The notes under the pieces were generated by a model that searched no databases, was not told the DNA's origin, and saw only the letters and a program-made list of their open reading frames with translations. Positions 1 to 11,169 of a DNA stretch of 54,186 nucleotides are shown in pieces. The position numbers and the translations under genes were made by a program. Within the stretch, counting starts at the first letter, position 1. Every line of letters begins with the position of its first letter. The stretch is from Promethearchaeota archaeon (GTDB lineage: Archaea > Asgardarchaeota > Lokiarchaeia > Sigyniarchaeales > SOKP01): assembly GCA_019057865.1 (NCBI GenBank), contig JAHLWP010000031.1, positions 1 to 54,186 of the forward strand. The letters run 5' to 3'.

Positions 1-245
1 GTGGGTTTTAATACGGTGGTAAGCATTCTAATTGTTGTAGATTTCCCCGCTCCATTAGGACCTAAAAGTGATAATACTTCACCTTTATGAACTTTAAGAC
101 TAATACCATCAACGGCTTTAATTCCATTGAACCACTTTTTTAGATCTTGAACTTCGATGATAAATTCAGTTGAATATTTATTCTCATTGAATTGATTAGG
201 ATCTGAATATATTACTTGTGCTTCTTCTATTATTGATTTATTCAT
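1..245 (-). CDS. ABC transporter ATP-binding protein (5' part, runs off the window)
   Basis: Not in the ORF track. Manual translation from the ATG at 245 gives ...[47 protein letters not shown], which contains a Walker A motif. Confidence 0.93.
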   Translation of the reverse strand, partial: MNKSIIEEAQVIYSDPNQFNENKYSTEFIIEVQDLKKWFNGIKAVDGISLKVHKGEVLSLLGPNGAGKSTTIRMLTTVLKP

Positions 246-596
246 ATTTATAATTAAAATTAAATTGAATAAAACACTCTTGTAGACCAATTTTTGTGAT
301 AATCATATTAGAAAAAAAACATAAAACACGTGCTCATTCGGTATTCTAATTTCATTTTATAAAAATTAGATTAATAGATTTACCAAAATCATTTAAAAAT
401 TTGATAAGATATTTGAAATTTTATTTCTTCGACAAAATTCTTCGAGAATAAAAATAGATTCTGATAAGCTTACTATTCTGAACTATGATATTTTGAATTT
501 GGATTTCAAATGAATATATGTTATATACATTGGCATAAATATTAAATACTAATTGATATACTTTTTAATAACAAAAAAAATTTTGGCGAAATTAAA

Positions 597-1007
597 ATGA
601 AGAAACAAACAAAATCAAAATTAGTATTGTACATAATTTTCAGTGTTTCAGTGTTAACTGGAATAATTAATGGATCCAACAATATTTATACATTTAATAA
701 ACAAAATTCAGAAAATGATATCAAATCTGGGTTGAGAGATGCAGGTGATTGGGATCCCCAAATTACCAAATCCGTAGGAGGTGAACCTCGTTGTGTATTC
801 ATCGGGGATGCCAATAATGATGGATTTAATGATATTGCCACAGCTAATGGTATAGATAATACAGTTTCAATCCTATTATGGAGCATTTCAACGGTTTCTG
901 AAGAGCTTCCTATACCCTTAATCATAACTATTTCAGCACTAAGTGCTGGAGCAGTTATAGGAGTAGCAGGTATTTTATGGTACCGAAGGAGAAAGCGAGA
1001 ACTGTAA
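597..1007 (+). CDS. Small membrane-anchored protein with one FG-GAP/VCBS-like repeat
   Basis: N-terminal hydrophobic segment; GDANNDGFNDIATANG motif; C-terminal TM helix followed by YRRRKR. Confidence 0.65.
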   Translation: MKKQTKSKLVLYIIFSVSVLTGIINGSNNIYTFNKQNSENDIKSGLRDAGDWDPQITKSVGGEPRCVFIGDANNDGFNDIATANGIDNTVSILLWSISTVSEELPIPLIITISALSAGAVIGVAGILWYRRRKREL

Positions 1008-1171
1008 CCTTCCTCATTTTGTAAATTTTTTTTTCTATTTCTATTCCTATTTTTTTAATAATATAAAACAAATCGAGAGCATTCATTTTTGATTTGAAAA
1101 AGTTGTATTCATTTTTAAAAACTTTAAAAAAAAAGCAGAAAAATAATGAAAAAAATGAAGACCAATTTTAG

Positions 1172-2575
1172 TTATTTTAGAAGTACTCCTGCTTGATCAA
1201 AATTTAAAAAAGCACTGATTTTTTGCTTTAGAGGAAAGATTCCCTCTTTAAACAGGGTGAACAGAAAAATTGCAAAGAATATAATCGATCCTAATCCCGG
1301 AGCAAAACCACTTAAATAATCTGTCAATCCTGATGAAGGGCTAATCGAAAGTAATGTATAAATTAGTGAAACTCCAGCAATCAATATAGAAATAAATGAG
1401 ATTATCAAAGCCGCTTTTTTACTTAGATTTAAATGAATCGGACCTAGATCTAGTCGAAAATATTTCGGTTGAATGATTATTGAGAGAACTGAATGACTAA
1501 TTACTTTATTTTCGAACTCAATATAAATGTTTAAAAAGCGACGTTCACTTTCTTTCTTTTTCTTCTTTCCCTTGGACTTTATAGGGAGCACAGAGAAAAT
1601 CATTACTGGAGGATTAACCGCATCTTTTTTAACAACAACCTTACCTGCTAAAGGATGAACTTCAAAACCTTCTCCTTCAATTTTAAGATCTAAGATAGGT
1701 GGTTCTTTTTTAGTAGTTACTATTCTGAATTTTGTTTCATAAATGGTTTTACCCTCTTCATCTACAATCTTCAATTCTTTATGAGAAAAATACACATAAA
1801 ATAAATAGCTCCTTTGTTCCATCATTACTGAATAGTATTGAAGTCCCATATTAATCTCATAAACCGTTGGTTTTGGTTCCGATACTACTTCAGGGAAAAC
1901 TTCTTCTACGGCATCCCGAAATTTTTCGGGAGGGGGCAATCCAGGACCGGCTAATGCATCAGAAGGGGGAGCACTTGTTGGAGCTCTTGTTGGTGCCGGT
2001 GGAGCACCTGCGGCTGGAGATGGTGGAGGTGGAGCTTCTTCTTCTGCCATTTCAAATTCTTCATCTTCGTCATATAAAAGCATATCAGCACTTTCAACAG
2101 CTTCTTCTTTCATCTTATATGAGTCAGCTTTCTCTTCTCTATACATCTCTCTTTTTCTACTTTCCTTAGCTTTCTTCTTTTTTGGAGCTTCACGTGGAGG
2201 AGCAATAGTTTTTACTCTTTCAACTTTTTGTTCTTCAACAACATCCGCTTTGGTTCTAACGTCCTTATCTACTTTCTGTTCTTCTTTCTTTTCAAATTCC
2301 TTTTTTTCAAGCAAACCTAAATTCTTAAATTTTGTTGTTTCTGAAATCCCAGTATTAGATATAAAATCTACAAAGGAAATATCTTCGCGATTTATGTGAA
2401 TTTCTCCCAAGAAGTTATAAATATCATCTAAAATTTTAGATAGCCTCGTAGACTTTTTATATATCCCGATAAAGGTGAAGTTAAGAATCTCAATTGCCAG
2501 AACGTTCGATTTTTTATCGTAATAAATTTTATTTGTAGGAATTTCAAGTTTTGAGATGTTTTCTAATAACACCAA
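1172..2575 (-). CDS. Hypothetical membrane protein with charged and Pro/Ala-rich linker and two C-terminal TM helices
   Basis: 467-aa ORF; EEAPPPPSPAAGAPPAP low-complexity region; two hydrophobic segments near the C-terminus. Confidence 0.7.
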   Translation of the reverse strand: MVLLENISKLEIPTNKIYYDKKSNVLAIEILNFTFIGIYKKSTRLSKILDDIYNFLGEIHINREDISFVDFISNTGISETTKFKNLGLLEKKEFEKKEEQKVDKDVRTKADVVEEQKVERVKTIAPPREAPKKKKAKESRKREMYREEKADSYKMKEEAVESADMLLYDEDEEFEMAEEEAPPPPSPAAGAPPAPTRAPTSAPPSDALAGPGLPPPEKFRDAVEEVFPEVVSEPKPTVYEINMGLQYYSVMMEQRSYLFYVYFSHKELKIVDEEGKTIYETKFRIVTTKKEPPILDLKIEGEGFEVHPLAGKVVVKKDAVNPPVMIFSVLPIKSKGKKKKKESERRFLNIYIEFENKVISHSVLSIIIQPKYFRLDLGPIHLNLSKKAALIISFISILIAGVSLIYTLLSISPSSGLTDYLSGFAPGLGSIIFFAIFLFTLFKEGIFPLKQKISAFLNFDQAGVLLK

Positions 2576-2708
2576 ATTTACTTTTCCTCTCTTAAATTAT
2601 TTTCTATAAAAATTAATAGTAATTTTTATGATAAAATTCTTTGTTTAAAACTTTATCTTTATTTACAATTCAAACCAACTTTATTATAATGGTATTAAAA
2701 CAATTAAG

Positions 2709-4280
2709 GTGAAAAAATTGGCAGATAAATTCATATTAGCTCATGATTTAGGAACAACTGGCAATAAAGCAGCTCTTTTTGATATAAATTTAAATTTAAT
2801 TTCTCAAACTAAGGTTGATTATCCTTTATTTTATCCAAAACCTGGTTGGGCAGAACAAAATGCAGAAGATTATTGGAATTCTGTATTAAAGGCAACTCAT
2901 ATATTAATTAATGAAAGTAAAGTTAATCAAAATGATATTCACGCGTTAATATTCGATTGCCAAATGAATTGCACAGTTCCTATAGACATTGAAGGTATTC
3001 CATTAATGAATTGTATTAATTGGCTTGATACTCGAGCTGCTGCTATAACTCATAAATTCACTAAAGGTATTATAAAAATATCAAATTTTGGTTTGCGAAA
3101 TTTACTTATGTTCATTAAAATTACAGGTGGCGCTCCAGGAATCAATGGTAAAGACCCAATTTCTCATATTTTATGGATTAAAGATAATTTACCAGAAATA
3201 TATGAAAAAACCTTCAAATTCTTAAGTGTAAAGGATATTGTAGTCTATAGATGTACTAAAAACGCAGTAACTTCAAGAGATTTAGGTAATACATCTTGGA
3301 TGATGGATAATAATCCTGGTAAATTTGAATGGTCAGATAAAATATTAAATAAGTTTGGAATAGATAAAGAAAAATTACCTCAAATAAAAAGATCTTCTGA
3401 GATTGCTGGAGAATTAACTACTGAAGCCTCAGCTAAATTAGGTCTGAAGCCAGGAATTCCAGTTTTTGTAGGCTCTGGAGATTTAACTTCTGCTGCAATA
3501 GGTTCAGGTGCGATATTAGATAATAAACCAATTATATGTCTAGGTACATCAGATTGGGTTGCCGCTCACACATCTAAAAGATTAAAAGACCTTATACACT
3601 ACACAGGTAGCATATGCTCTTCTCAAGATAATTATTTATGCATCTCTAAACAAGAAACTGGTGCAGCATGTCTTGATTGGGTGATTAATCAAATATTTAG
3701 AGATGAAAAGGAGAAATTTAAAGAAAAACAGGAAGAATTATATAAACTAATAAACTCAATTGTAGAGAACTCTAAAGTAGGAGCAAAAAATCTCCTATTT
3801 ACGCCATGGTTGTTTGGAGAAAGAAGTCCATTAAATGATCCTAACGTTCGAGGGGGTTTTTATAATCTTAGCCTTGATCATAATCGCGAAGATCTTTTAC
3901 GTGCAGTTTATGAGGGGGTAGCATATAATATAAAATGGGCGTTAATTATTTTAGAAAAGTTAGTAGGAAAAACTGACAAAATAAATTTCATTGGTGGTGG
4001 TGCAAAATCAAATGTTTGGTGTCAGATATTAGCCGATGTGCTGGAAAGGAATATTGTTCAAATGATTGATCCTGATTTAGCTGCAGTTAAAGGATCTGCA
4101 ATAATTTCTCTGGTTGGATTAGGATTGATAAAAGATTATTCTGATGCAATTCCATTGATTAAAATTAAGCAAAATTTCACGCAAAATCCTGATAACAAAA
4201 AGATTTACACTAAGTTATTCACAGAATATATGAAAATTTATAAAAGGAATAAAGCAATGTTTAAGCATTTAAATCTCTAA
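2709..4280 (+). CDS. FGGY-family carbohydrate kinase (xylulokinase-like)
   Basis: DLGTTGNKA, PKPGWAEQ, GERSP, LRAVYEG and GGGAKS motifs. Confidence 0.92.
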   Translation: MKKLADKFILAHDLGTTGNKAALFDINLNLISQTKVDYPLFYPKPGWAEQNAEDYWNSVLKATHILINESKVNQNDIHALIFDCQMNCTVPIDIEGIPLMNCINWLDTRAAAITHKFTKGIIKISNFGLRNLLMFIKITGGAPGINGKDPISHILWIKDNLPEIYEKTFKFLSVKDIVVYRCTKNAVTSRDLGNTSWMMDNNPGKFEWSDKILNKFGIDKEKLPQIKRSSEIAGELTTEASAKLGLKPGIPVFVGSGDLTSAAIGSGAILDNKPIICLGTSDWVAAHTSKRLKDLIHYTGSICSSQDNYLCISKQETGAACLDWVINQIFRDEKEKFKEKQEELYKLINSIVENSKVGAKNLLFTPWLFGERSPLNDPNVRGGFYNLSLDHNREDLLRAVYEGVAYNIKWALIILEKLVGKTDKINFIGGGAKSNVWCQILADVLERNIVQMIDPDLAAVKGSAIISLVGLGLIKDYSDAIPLIKIKQNFTQNPDNKKIYTKLFTEYMKIYKRNKAMFKHLNL

Positions 4281-5256
4281 AATAAGATTTAAACATTGGA
4301 AGTTGATTTTTTACCTTTTTTAATTTTTTTACTTCCTTATCCTTACCAATGATGTTTTCGAGTGCTTCATCAATGATATTAATATCCCAATAAGCCATCG
4401 GATTTTCATAGGTTTGATTTTCTAAACTTCCTGTCCATGGCGTCAATTTTGGTTCTGATATGATATTTCTTAAATTCCAATTGTATCTTCCTTTAAATTC
4501 TTTATTTAAAGGCTTTAAATTCATTTCATCCCATCTTTGAATTACCCAAGGGGCATATTGATGTAACTTATCGAAATCTAATTCTAAATCATTACGCCAC
4601 TCAAACTGATGATCCCAATTTGCTATTGCAATAAAATTCTCTTCCTTCGATAAGTGAGAAGGAAAAAATTTCCAAGAATTTCTAATTATATGTTCGTCAC
4701 TAAAGGGTCTTCCTTCACCATATTGGAAGAAGTAACCTATTTTTTCTTGATTAATTTGGTTTATTTTTAGGTATACTTCAATTTGGGTAATATCAATTTT
4801 ACTCTTCAACACTTCCTCTTGGTAAAACTTAAAAATTATATTTTTAACTTCATTTGGGTGACATTTACCAGTAAAGATAGGATAATAAGTAAAACAATAA
4901 TAATTAACATCATTTTGAGATTTGCCTCTATGGATCTCAACCCAGCACTCTAATGGTCTAATGTATACATTTGATTTTATATAGTTAATAATTAAAAATA
5001 AATCTATGATGATTGCTACAATAGATACTACAATTATTAACCCTAAATTGAAAATAAATTCAAAAATATATGATAGGGAAATGTAAATAAGCAAACCACC
5101 AGCTATGAAAAAGAAAGCTATTAGCGAGTTATATGCCTCATGCTCTTTATCTTTTTTCGAATATAAGATAGTAGGTGCATTATTAACTATAAGTTCATAA
5201 CCAAATTCATTTATAAATTGATTAAAATCAACTTTATTCCATTCAGAACTAGACAT
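4261..5256 (-). CDS. Hypothetical membrane protein (two N-terminal TM helices)
   Basis: 331-aa ORF with hydrophobic segments around residues 45-95; no recognised motif. Confidence 0.7.
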   Translation of the reverse strand: MSSSEWNKVDFNQFINEFGYELIVNNAPTILYSKKDKEHEAYNSLIAFFFIAGGLLIYISLSYIFEFIFNLGLIIVVSIVAIIIDLFLIINYIKSNVYIRPLECWVEIHRGKSQNDVNYYCFTYYPIFTGKCHPNEVKNIIFKFYQEEVLKSKIDITQIEVYLKINQINQEKIGYFFQYGEGRPFSDEHIIRNSWKFFPSHLSKEENFIAIANWDHQFEWRNDLELDFDKLHQYAPWVIQRWDEMNLKPLNKEFKGRYNWNLRNIISEPKLTPWTGSLENQTYENPMAYWDINIIDEALENIIGKDKEVKKLKKVKNQLPMFKSYFRDLNA

Positions 5257-5430
5257 TTTTTCTAAATTTTTTTTGTGTTTTCAAAACTTTTTATATTACA
5301 AATAAAAAAAAAATTGTCTTTAAATTTAATCAAAAACTTAACTTTTCTTTTTAAATTAAGGTTTGTTTATTTAGAAATAATTAATTCTTTTCCCTTTGTA
5401 ATTTTTAATTTAGATATTTCATTATAGTTA

Positions 5431-7752
5431 TTGACACTATTTATGGTTGATTTCGAAGATTTCTTAAAATTTATCAAATCCCAAGAATATTATTGTGATC
5501 AGATATATCATATTGAGCATATTCCTGAATTAAAAGCACGTTATGATGATCTAGATAAACCTTTAAGCAGACGACTCCAACGGTATTTAACTAATAATAA
5601 TATAAAACTATGGCGACATCAAGCAGAAGCAATTAATGCTATTCGTAATGGTTTTAATACAGTAATAGTTACCTCTACTGCTTCAGGGAAATCTTTATGC
5701 TATAATCTCCCCGTTCTTAATTCAATTCTAAACGATGACAAGACTACCGCCCTATATATCTTCCCAACAAAAGCATTATCAAGAGATCAATATACGATTT
5801 TAACAAATATGCTCACCGAAACTAATATTAAGCAAAATAGAATTGGTGTTTACGATGGGGACGTGGAGCCAAATGAAAAAAGACTGATTTTAACTAATGC
5901 AAATATTATTATTAGTAATCCTTATGGACTACATTTTTATTTACCATGGTTTAAACAAAAATGGAGAAGAATTTGCCAAAATTTAAAATATATTGTACTG
6001 GATGAGATACATTTTTACCGAGGTATATTTGGGTCTAATTTTGCGTTGCTGCTCAGACGTTTAAAAAGAATTCTTGAAATTTATAATGTAAAACCAATTT
6101 GGATTTTATCTAGTGCTACAATTCCTAATCCAAAAGAATTTTGTGAAAAATTGGTTGGTGAAGAATTTTATGTTGTTGATAAAGATGATTCGCCTTCTGG
6201 TGTTAAAAAAGTAATTTTATGGGATTTGCCTTATGATGAGGTATCCAATAAATATAGATCTCCTCATCAAGAAACGAAAAATCTATTTATTAGTCATCTA
6301 AAAAAAGGATATCAGACGTTAACATTTACACTTTCCCGTAAAATGGCAGAATTGCAAGCCATTTGGACCCGAAAAGCCTTGCCAACCTTAAAAAATAAAA
6401 TTCATAGTTATAGGGCTGGCATAAGTAAATCAAAAAGAAGAGAGATTGAGAGCAATTTTAAACAAGGAATTATTCTCGGAATAAGCTCTACAAATGCTTT
6501 AGAATTAGGAATTGACATAGGAAGCTTAGATGCCACGATAAGTTCTGGATTTCCAGGGACAATTTCAAGTTTTAGACAACAAATTGGTCGTTCCGGAAGA
6601 GGTTCAGATCTTTCGATTTCAACTATTATGCCAATGCAAAATCCACTTGATCTGTTTTACATTCATAATCCTGATAAATTATTTGGACCTATCCAAGAAG
6701 AAGTTTTAATAACCCTAAATAACAAATACATTTTAAAAAATCATCTGTGTTGCGCTGCTAAAGAAATTCCAATTAAATTTGATGAGTATAAAAAATTTGG
6801 CGTTCAAAATAAAGAATTTTTGATTGAATGCATAAATGAATTACTTGCAGAATCATTGTTAATGAAGCGGGGCGATAAATACTATTGGAAAGGGGGATTT
6901 TTCCCAAACGAGAAATATGGATTAAATGATCTCTCCAGTAGAAGTTATAAAGTTATTTTAAGATTCGGAAATCAGGAAGCACTTTTAACAACTGAGGATG
7001 AGAGCTATGTATTTCGAGATTTACATCAAGGCGCAATATATCTTTACGAAGCTGAAACTTACGTAGTTCAAGAGCTTGATCTTGAGGAAAGAAAAGTGTA
7101 CATTTCTAAAAGTAATGTTGATTATTATACTCAGTCTTTAAAACATACTGACATTACTCCGATTGAAGTAATTTCTCAACAAAAAGTAGGTCCAAATGAC
7201 CAAATAGAAGCCTTCTTTGGAAATGTGAAAGTCGAACATGAATACTATGCCTATAAAGTCATCAATACTTTAACACAGGAAATTCAATCAAGACATCCTT
7301 TAGAAGATATCCCAATCATTGAATTTGAGAGTCAAGCTCTATTCTTTCTGATATCTTTTTATTTACAAAAAGAATTAGAATTAGAAGGTTATGACCTTGG
7401 AGGAACTATCCATGCTATAGAACATGCTATGATTGCCATAGCACCAGCGTTGGCTCAGATATCACGTTGGGACCTAGGAGGAGTTTCAATCGATTTTGAT
7501 CCAGTCAAGCAACAACCTATAATCTACCTTTATGATGCCTATAGGGGTGGTATTGGAATATCAGAATCATTATTTTTTAATTTAAATGAATTTTTGAATC
7601 TTACTTATAATTTAATTAAATCTTGTAGTTGCAAAGCTGAAAATGGTTGCCCAGCTTGCTGTCTTAGCCCGCGCTGTGGAAATAATAATTCCCCCCTTGA
7701 TAAAAATGGAGCAATATTCTTGTTAAGAAAGCTTCTTAATATCTCAGCTTAA
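5431..7752 (+). CDS. DEAD/DEAH-box helicase of the MrfA/Hrq1 type with C-terminal DUF1998 Zn domain
   Basis: TASGKS, PTKAL, DEIH, SAT, ALELGIDIG and QQIGRSGR motifs; C-terminal CSC...GCPACCLSPRCGNNNSPLDK. Confidence 0.95.
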   Translation: MTLFMVDFEDFLKFIKSQEYYCDQIYHIEHIPELKARYDDLDKPLSRRLQRYLTNNNIKLWRHQAEAINAIRNGFNTVIVTSTASGKSLCYNLPVLNSILNDDKTTALYIFPTKALSRDQYTILTNMLTETNIKQNRIGVYDGDVEPNEKRLILTNANIIISNPYGLHFYLPWFKQKWRRICQNLKYIVLDEIHFYRGIFGSNFALLLRRLKRILEIYNVKPIWILSSATIPNPKEFCEKLVGEEFYVVDKDDSPSGVKKVILWDLPYDEVSNKYRSPHQETKNLFISHLKKGYQTLTFTLSRKMAELQAIWTRKALPTLKNKIHSYRAGISKSKRREIESNFKQGIILGISSTNALELGIDIGSLDATISSGFPGTISSFRQQIGRSGRGSDLSISTIMPMQNPLDLFYIHNPDKLFGPIQEEVLITLNNKYILKNHLCCAAKEIPIKFDEYKKFGVQNKEFLIECINELLAESLLMKRGDKYYWKGGFFPNEKYGLNDLSSRSYKVILRFGNQEALLTTEDESYVFRDLHQGAIYLYEAETYVVQELDLEERKVYISKSNVDYYTQSLKHTDITPIEVISQQKVGPNDQIEAFFGNVKVEHEYYAYKVINTLTQEIQSRHPLEDIPIIEFESQALFFLISFYLQKELELEGYDLGGTIHAIEHAMIAIAPALAQISRWDLGGVSIDFDPVKQQPIIYLYDAYRGGIGISESLFFNLNEFLNLTYNLIKSCSCKAENGCPACCLSPRCGNNNSPLDKNGAIFLLRKLLNISA

Positions 7753-7806
7753 GATATTTCTAAATAATTAAAAAATTAAAAAAATAAATAAAAAGTGTAT
7801 TAGATA

Positions 7807-8316
7807 TTAGTCTTTCTTCTTTTCTTTCTTTGGGACAACGCCAAAAGAAGGCGGTCGTTTTGAACCTTTAACCGGTAGCACGCAAGTAGCATCGTCTTTA
7901 TGCGATCCTCGAGATGCAACCATTGCTGATTTTTGAACGAACCACATCTCTAACCGCCAGTCCTTAATTTTATTTTTCTTTTTTTTAGACCAAGAGCTGG
8001 GCATTTTCATCTTGAATTCCAACTCTTGTCTTTCACCCGCTTTAAGTTTATCGCCTTTTACAATTTCTTCAGTTTTCATTGTTTTTTTTCGTTCTTCATA
8101 TTTTTTAGTCTCCTCTCCCGTCTCAGGATCTTTATATATCACTTTTTCAAGATATAGTTCATTTATCCTAATAAATGCTTTCTTTAATTTCTTTTCTTTT
8201 TTACCACGGTTTTCTAGTATGAAAATTCCTTCAATTTTATCATTAGGTTTGAGCGTTTCGGGAGCTTTTTCAATTTTATAACCACAATAAATATCTGTAC
8301 CTACCAAATATAGCAC
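7807..8316 (-). CDS. Hypothetical protein, possible arrestin-N/SpoOM-like beta-sandwich
   Basis: Pattern LKPNDKIEGIFILEN...LKAGERQELEFKMKMPS resembles arrestin-N/SpoOM. The true start is probably the TTG at 8307, after an AGGTG RBS. Confidence 0.5.
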   Translation of the reverse strand: MLYLVGTDIYCGYKIEKAPETLKPNDKIEGIFILENRGKKEKKLKKAFIRINELYLEKVIYKDPETGEETKKYEERKKTMKTEEIVKGDKLKAGERQELEFKMKMPSSWSKKKKNKIKDWRLEMWFVQKSAMVASRGSHKDDATCVLPVKGSKRPPSFGVVPKKEKKKD

Positions 8317-8586
8317 CTATTTTTGAATTTTTATATGATAATAAACTCGATCTTTTTCTGTATTTGTATTTCTATAGATTATGATGTTTTTAGTATGACT
8401 TTTAAAGACAATATGAATAAAGACAGTTTATAATTGTATCTTATTTTCTAATCCTAGCGTATTAATCCCTATTTAGAAAATAATGTTTTTAAAATAGGAT
8501 ATCATAAAGTATATTAGGTTAAACAATTACTTATCTAATTAACTAAATATTTAATAATAATAATAACGTTTCTATAGGGATTTGGG

Positions 8587-9129
8587 TTGGAATACAGCTC
8601 CACTTTTAAGATAGTGATTTTTGGCGATTCTGGAACAGGTAAGACTACATTAACTCATAGATTTTTAACTAATCTTTTTAAACAAGACATTTCAATGACG
8701 TTAGGAGTCGACTTTCTGTTAAAAGATGTTGAAATTAATGGAGAACTCGTTAAATTACAGATATGGGATTTTGCTGGCGAAGAACGATTTAGATTTCTTT
8801 TTCCTTCTTATCTAAAAGGAGCTAATGGTGCGATATTCATGTATGATATTACTAATTATGGTTCACTTGCCCATGTAGATAATTGGTTTGCGATTGTGGA
8901 TAATGCCATTGCTAATAAGGAAGTAGATAATAAATTACCGATTATCTTTGTTGGGGGTAAAGTAGATTTAATTCATTTAAAAGAAATATCAACTAAAAAA
9001 GCAATGCAAATAGCAAAATCAATGGAAGCGAAAGGATTTATAGAATGTAGTTCAAAAACAGGTGAAAATGTAAGTAAAATTTTTGATCTATTAGCGAGAT
9101 TAATCTTTAAAAATAAGAGCTTATCTTAA
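8587..9129 (+). CDS. Rab-like small GTPase
   Basis: G1 GDSGTGKT, G2 TLGVDF, G3 WDFAGEE, G4 GKVD, G5 CSSK. Confidence 0.95.
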   Translation: MEYSSTFKIVIFGDSGTGKTTLTHRFLTNLFKQDISMTLGVDFLLKDVEINGELVKLQIWDFAGEERFRFLFPSYLKGANGAIFMYDITNYGSLAHVDNWFAIVDNAIANKEVDNKLPIIFVGGKVDLIHLKEISTKKAMQIAKSMEAKGFIECSSKTGENVSKIFDLLARLIFKNKSLS

Positions 9130-9161
9130 CTTTTTACCATAACTACAAGATTTAAAGACCT

Positions 9162-11015
9162 TTATAAATTATCTAAACCTAAGAATTCAAGTTTAGATTT
9201 ATTAATTTTTCCAGTAATCAAATCCCATTCTTTAAAGTTATAAAAGTTTTTTCGTAATAATTCAAAATCTGGTGATTTTCCAGCCGAACCACCTTCAATA
9301 AGAGGTTTTAATAATATTTGAGGAACTTCATCAATCATTGGAGTAACCCCCATTTTTAAGTTAAACAATCTCTTCATAGTTAGTATTCTTTCACCATATA
9401 ATTTTATCTCTTCTAGACCAAATTTTAAACCAGTTGCATGTTTGATAATTGCGGCAATTTGAGAGGGCAATGGATTACAAAAAGAACAGATTATCAATGA
9501 ACTATACAGCGCTCTATAATCCATCATGATTGAACAGCATTTAGCCATCTCTAAATCGTTTGCATAAGTATCTAAAGTTATTGTAGGGGCATTAATTTCT
9601 TCAAATGGATAACCCATCAATACAAAATATAGGTCACATAAATTGTGAGAAGGTCCTTTATGAGCAGCACCCATTCCATAGGCAATTGACATACCATAAT
9701 TTGAGCGCATATCATGATAAGTAATTTCTAATCCATTAATTGTAGCTATCTCAGCTTGGGGAATACTGAATTTTCTACCAAAAGCGTTAGATCCTTCTGC
9801 TAATATATCGCCTATTCCTTCTCTATAAACAATTTTATTTAGTAATTTTTCTACTGTTTCAGTATCACCCCAATTTGGACTTAATCCATCAATATCTCTT
9901 GGTTTAATATTTCCAAGAGTAAAATGATAAATAATACAAGCTATAATTCCACTTGAACTTACAGTGTCAATCCCATAATCGTTACATTTTGTATTTATAT
10001 AACAAATAAATTCAAGATCATCATTTAAAATCAAACTTCCATATCCACATATCGTCTCATATTCAGGTCCCTCAGTTTCTTTAGTTTTATACTTCCCCTC
10101 CTTTATAGCTATTCTTCTGCCACATCCAATCACACAAGAATGGCAAAACCTATTTTTTACAAGAATAGTTTGGACCATTGTTATACCAGATATCTTCGTA
10201 GCCTTGTCCCATTTTCCTAGTGTGAAATATTTAATAGGCAATTCTCCTGTTGAATTATACAGATCCACTGTTCCTGAAGTACCGAAATTAGTTAATACCT
10301 GTGATCCATAATTAGTTTTTACATTGTCCCTAGCTGCTTTTATTGCTTTTTTTAATTCATCTTTATTATGAACATCTAATTGAAGATTATTTCCTTTTAC
10401 TATAATCGCTTTTAATTTTTTTGAACCAAAAATAGCTCCCATACCGGTACGACCTGCTGCTCGTTGTTCAGATATGATATTAGCAAATCTTATAAGGTTT
10501 TCACCAGCTTGCCCTATACATGCAACCATCGCATGATTATCCCCAAAAATATCCTTTAACATCATAGTAGTATATTCAGTACCTCTTCCCCATAAGAATT
10601 TAGCATCCTTAATTTCCACTTTATCATCTCTAATTTCAATATAAACTGGCTCTTCTGAAGCCCCAGATATTATTATCCCGTCATATCCCGCTTTTTTAAG
10701 CTCAGCACCAAACCAACTCCCACAATTAGATTCTCCCCACATGTTAGTATAAGGGGATTTAGAACAAACAACCCACCTTCCTGTGTTAGGTGCAAATGTG
10801 CCATTCAATGGTCCTGTCATAATCATTAAGATATTATCAGGAGCTAGTGGATTTATATCTTTATCCAGCTTGTCATATAAATATCGACAGGCATAACCAG
10901 CCCCTCCTAAGAAACTTTTCGCAAATTCTTCATTTAATGATTCAATTTTGACTTCTTGATTTGTTAAGTTTACATTTAATAATTTTCCCCTAAAAGATTT
11001 TAAAATTTTAATCAC
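9162..11015 (-). CDS. Tungsten aldehyde:ferredoxin oxidoreductase family protein
   Basis: KSPYT, AGRTGMGAIFGSKKLKAI, CHSCVIGC, EGPEYET, GIDTVS and C-terminal CSFC. Confidence 0.95.
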   Translation of the reverse strand: MIKILKSFRGKLLNVNLTNQEVKIESLNEEFAKSFLGGAGYACRYLYDKLDKDINPLAPDNILMIMTGPLNGTFAPNTGRWVVCSKSPYTNMWGESNCGSWFGAELKKAGYDGIIISGASEEPVYIEIRDDKVEIKDAKFLWGRGTEYTTMMLKDIFGDNHAMVACIGQAGENLIRFANIISEQRAAGRTGMGAIFGSKKLKAIIVKGNNLQLDVHNKDELKKAIKAARDNVKTNYGSQVLTNFGTSGTVDLYNSTGELPIKYFTLGKWDKATKISGITMVQTILVKNRFCHSCVIGCGRRIAIKEGKYKTKETEGPEYETICGYGSLILNDDLEFICYINTKCNDYGIDTVSSSGIIACIIYHFTLGNIKPRDIDGLSPNWGDTETVEKLLNKIVYREGIGDILAEGSNAFGRKFSIPQAEIATINGLEITYHDMRSNYGMSIAYGMGAAHKGPSHNLCDLYFVLMGYPFEEINAPTITLDTYANDLEMAKCCSIMMDYRALYSSLIICSFCNPLPSQIAAIIKHATGLKFGLEEIKLYGERILTMKRLFNLKMGVTPMIDEVPQILLKPLIEGGSAGKSPDFELLRKNFYNFKEWDLITGKINKSKLEFLGLDNL

Positions 11016-11169
11016 ATCATTTCTTTTGAAGAATAATTTTCATCGATAATTAAGAATTTAATTTTCATATATTTTTTTTATCATAAATTTCTACAAGTTA
11101 ATCAATACGCTTAAAAATTTATAGATCATTAAAAGAATTTTTATAAAAAATGAAATTTCTTTAATACAT

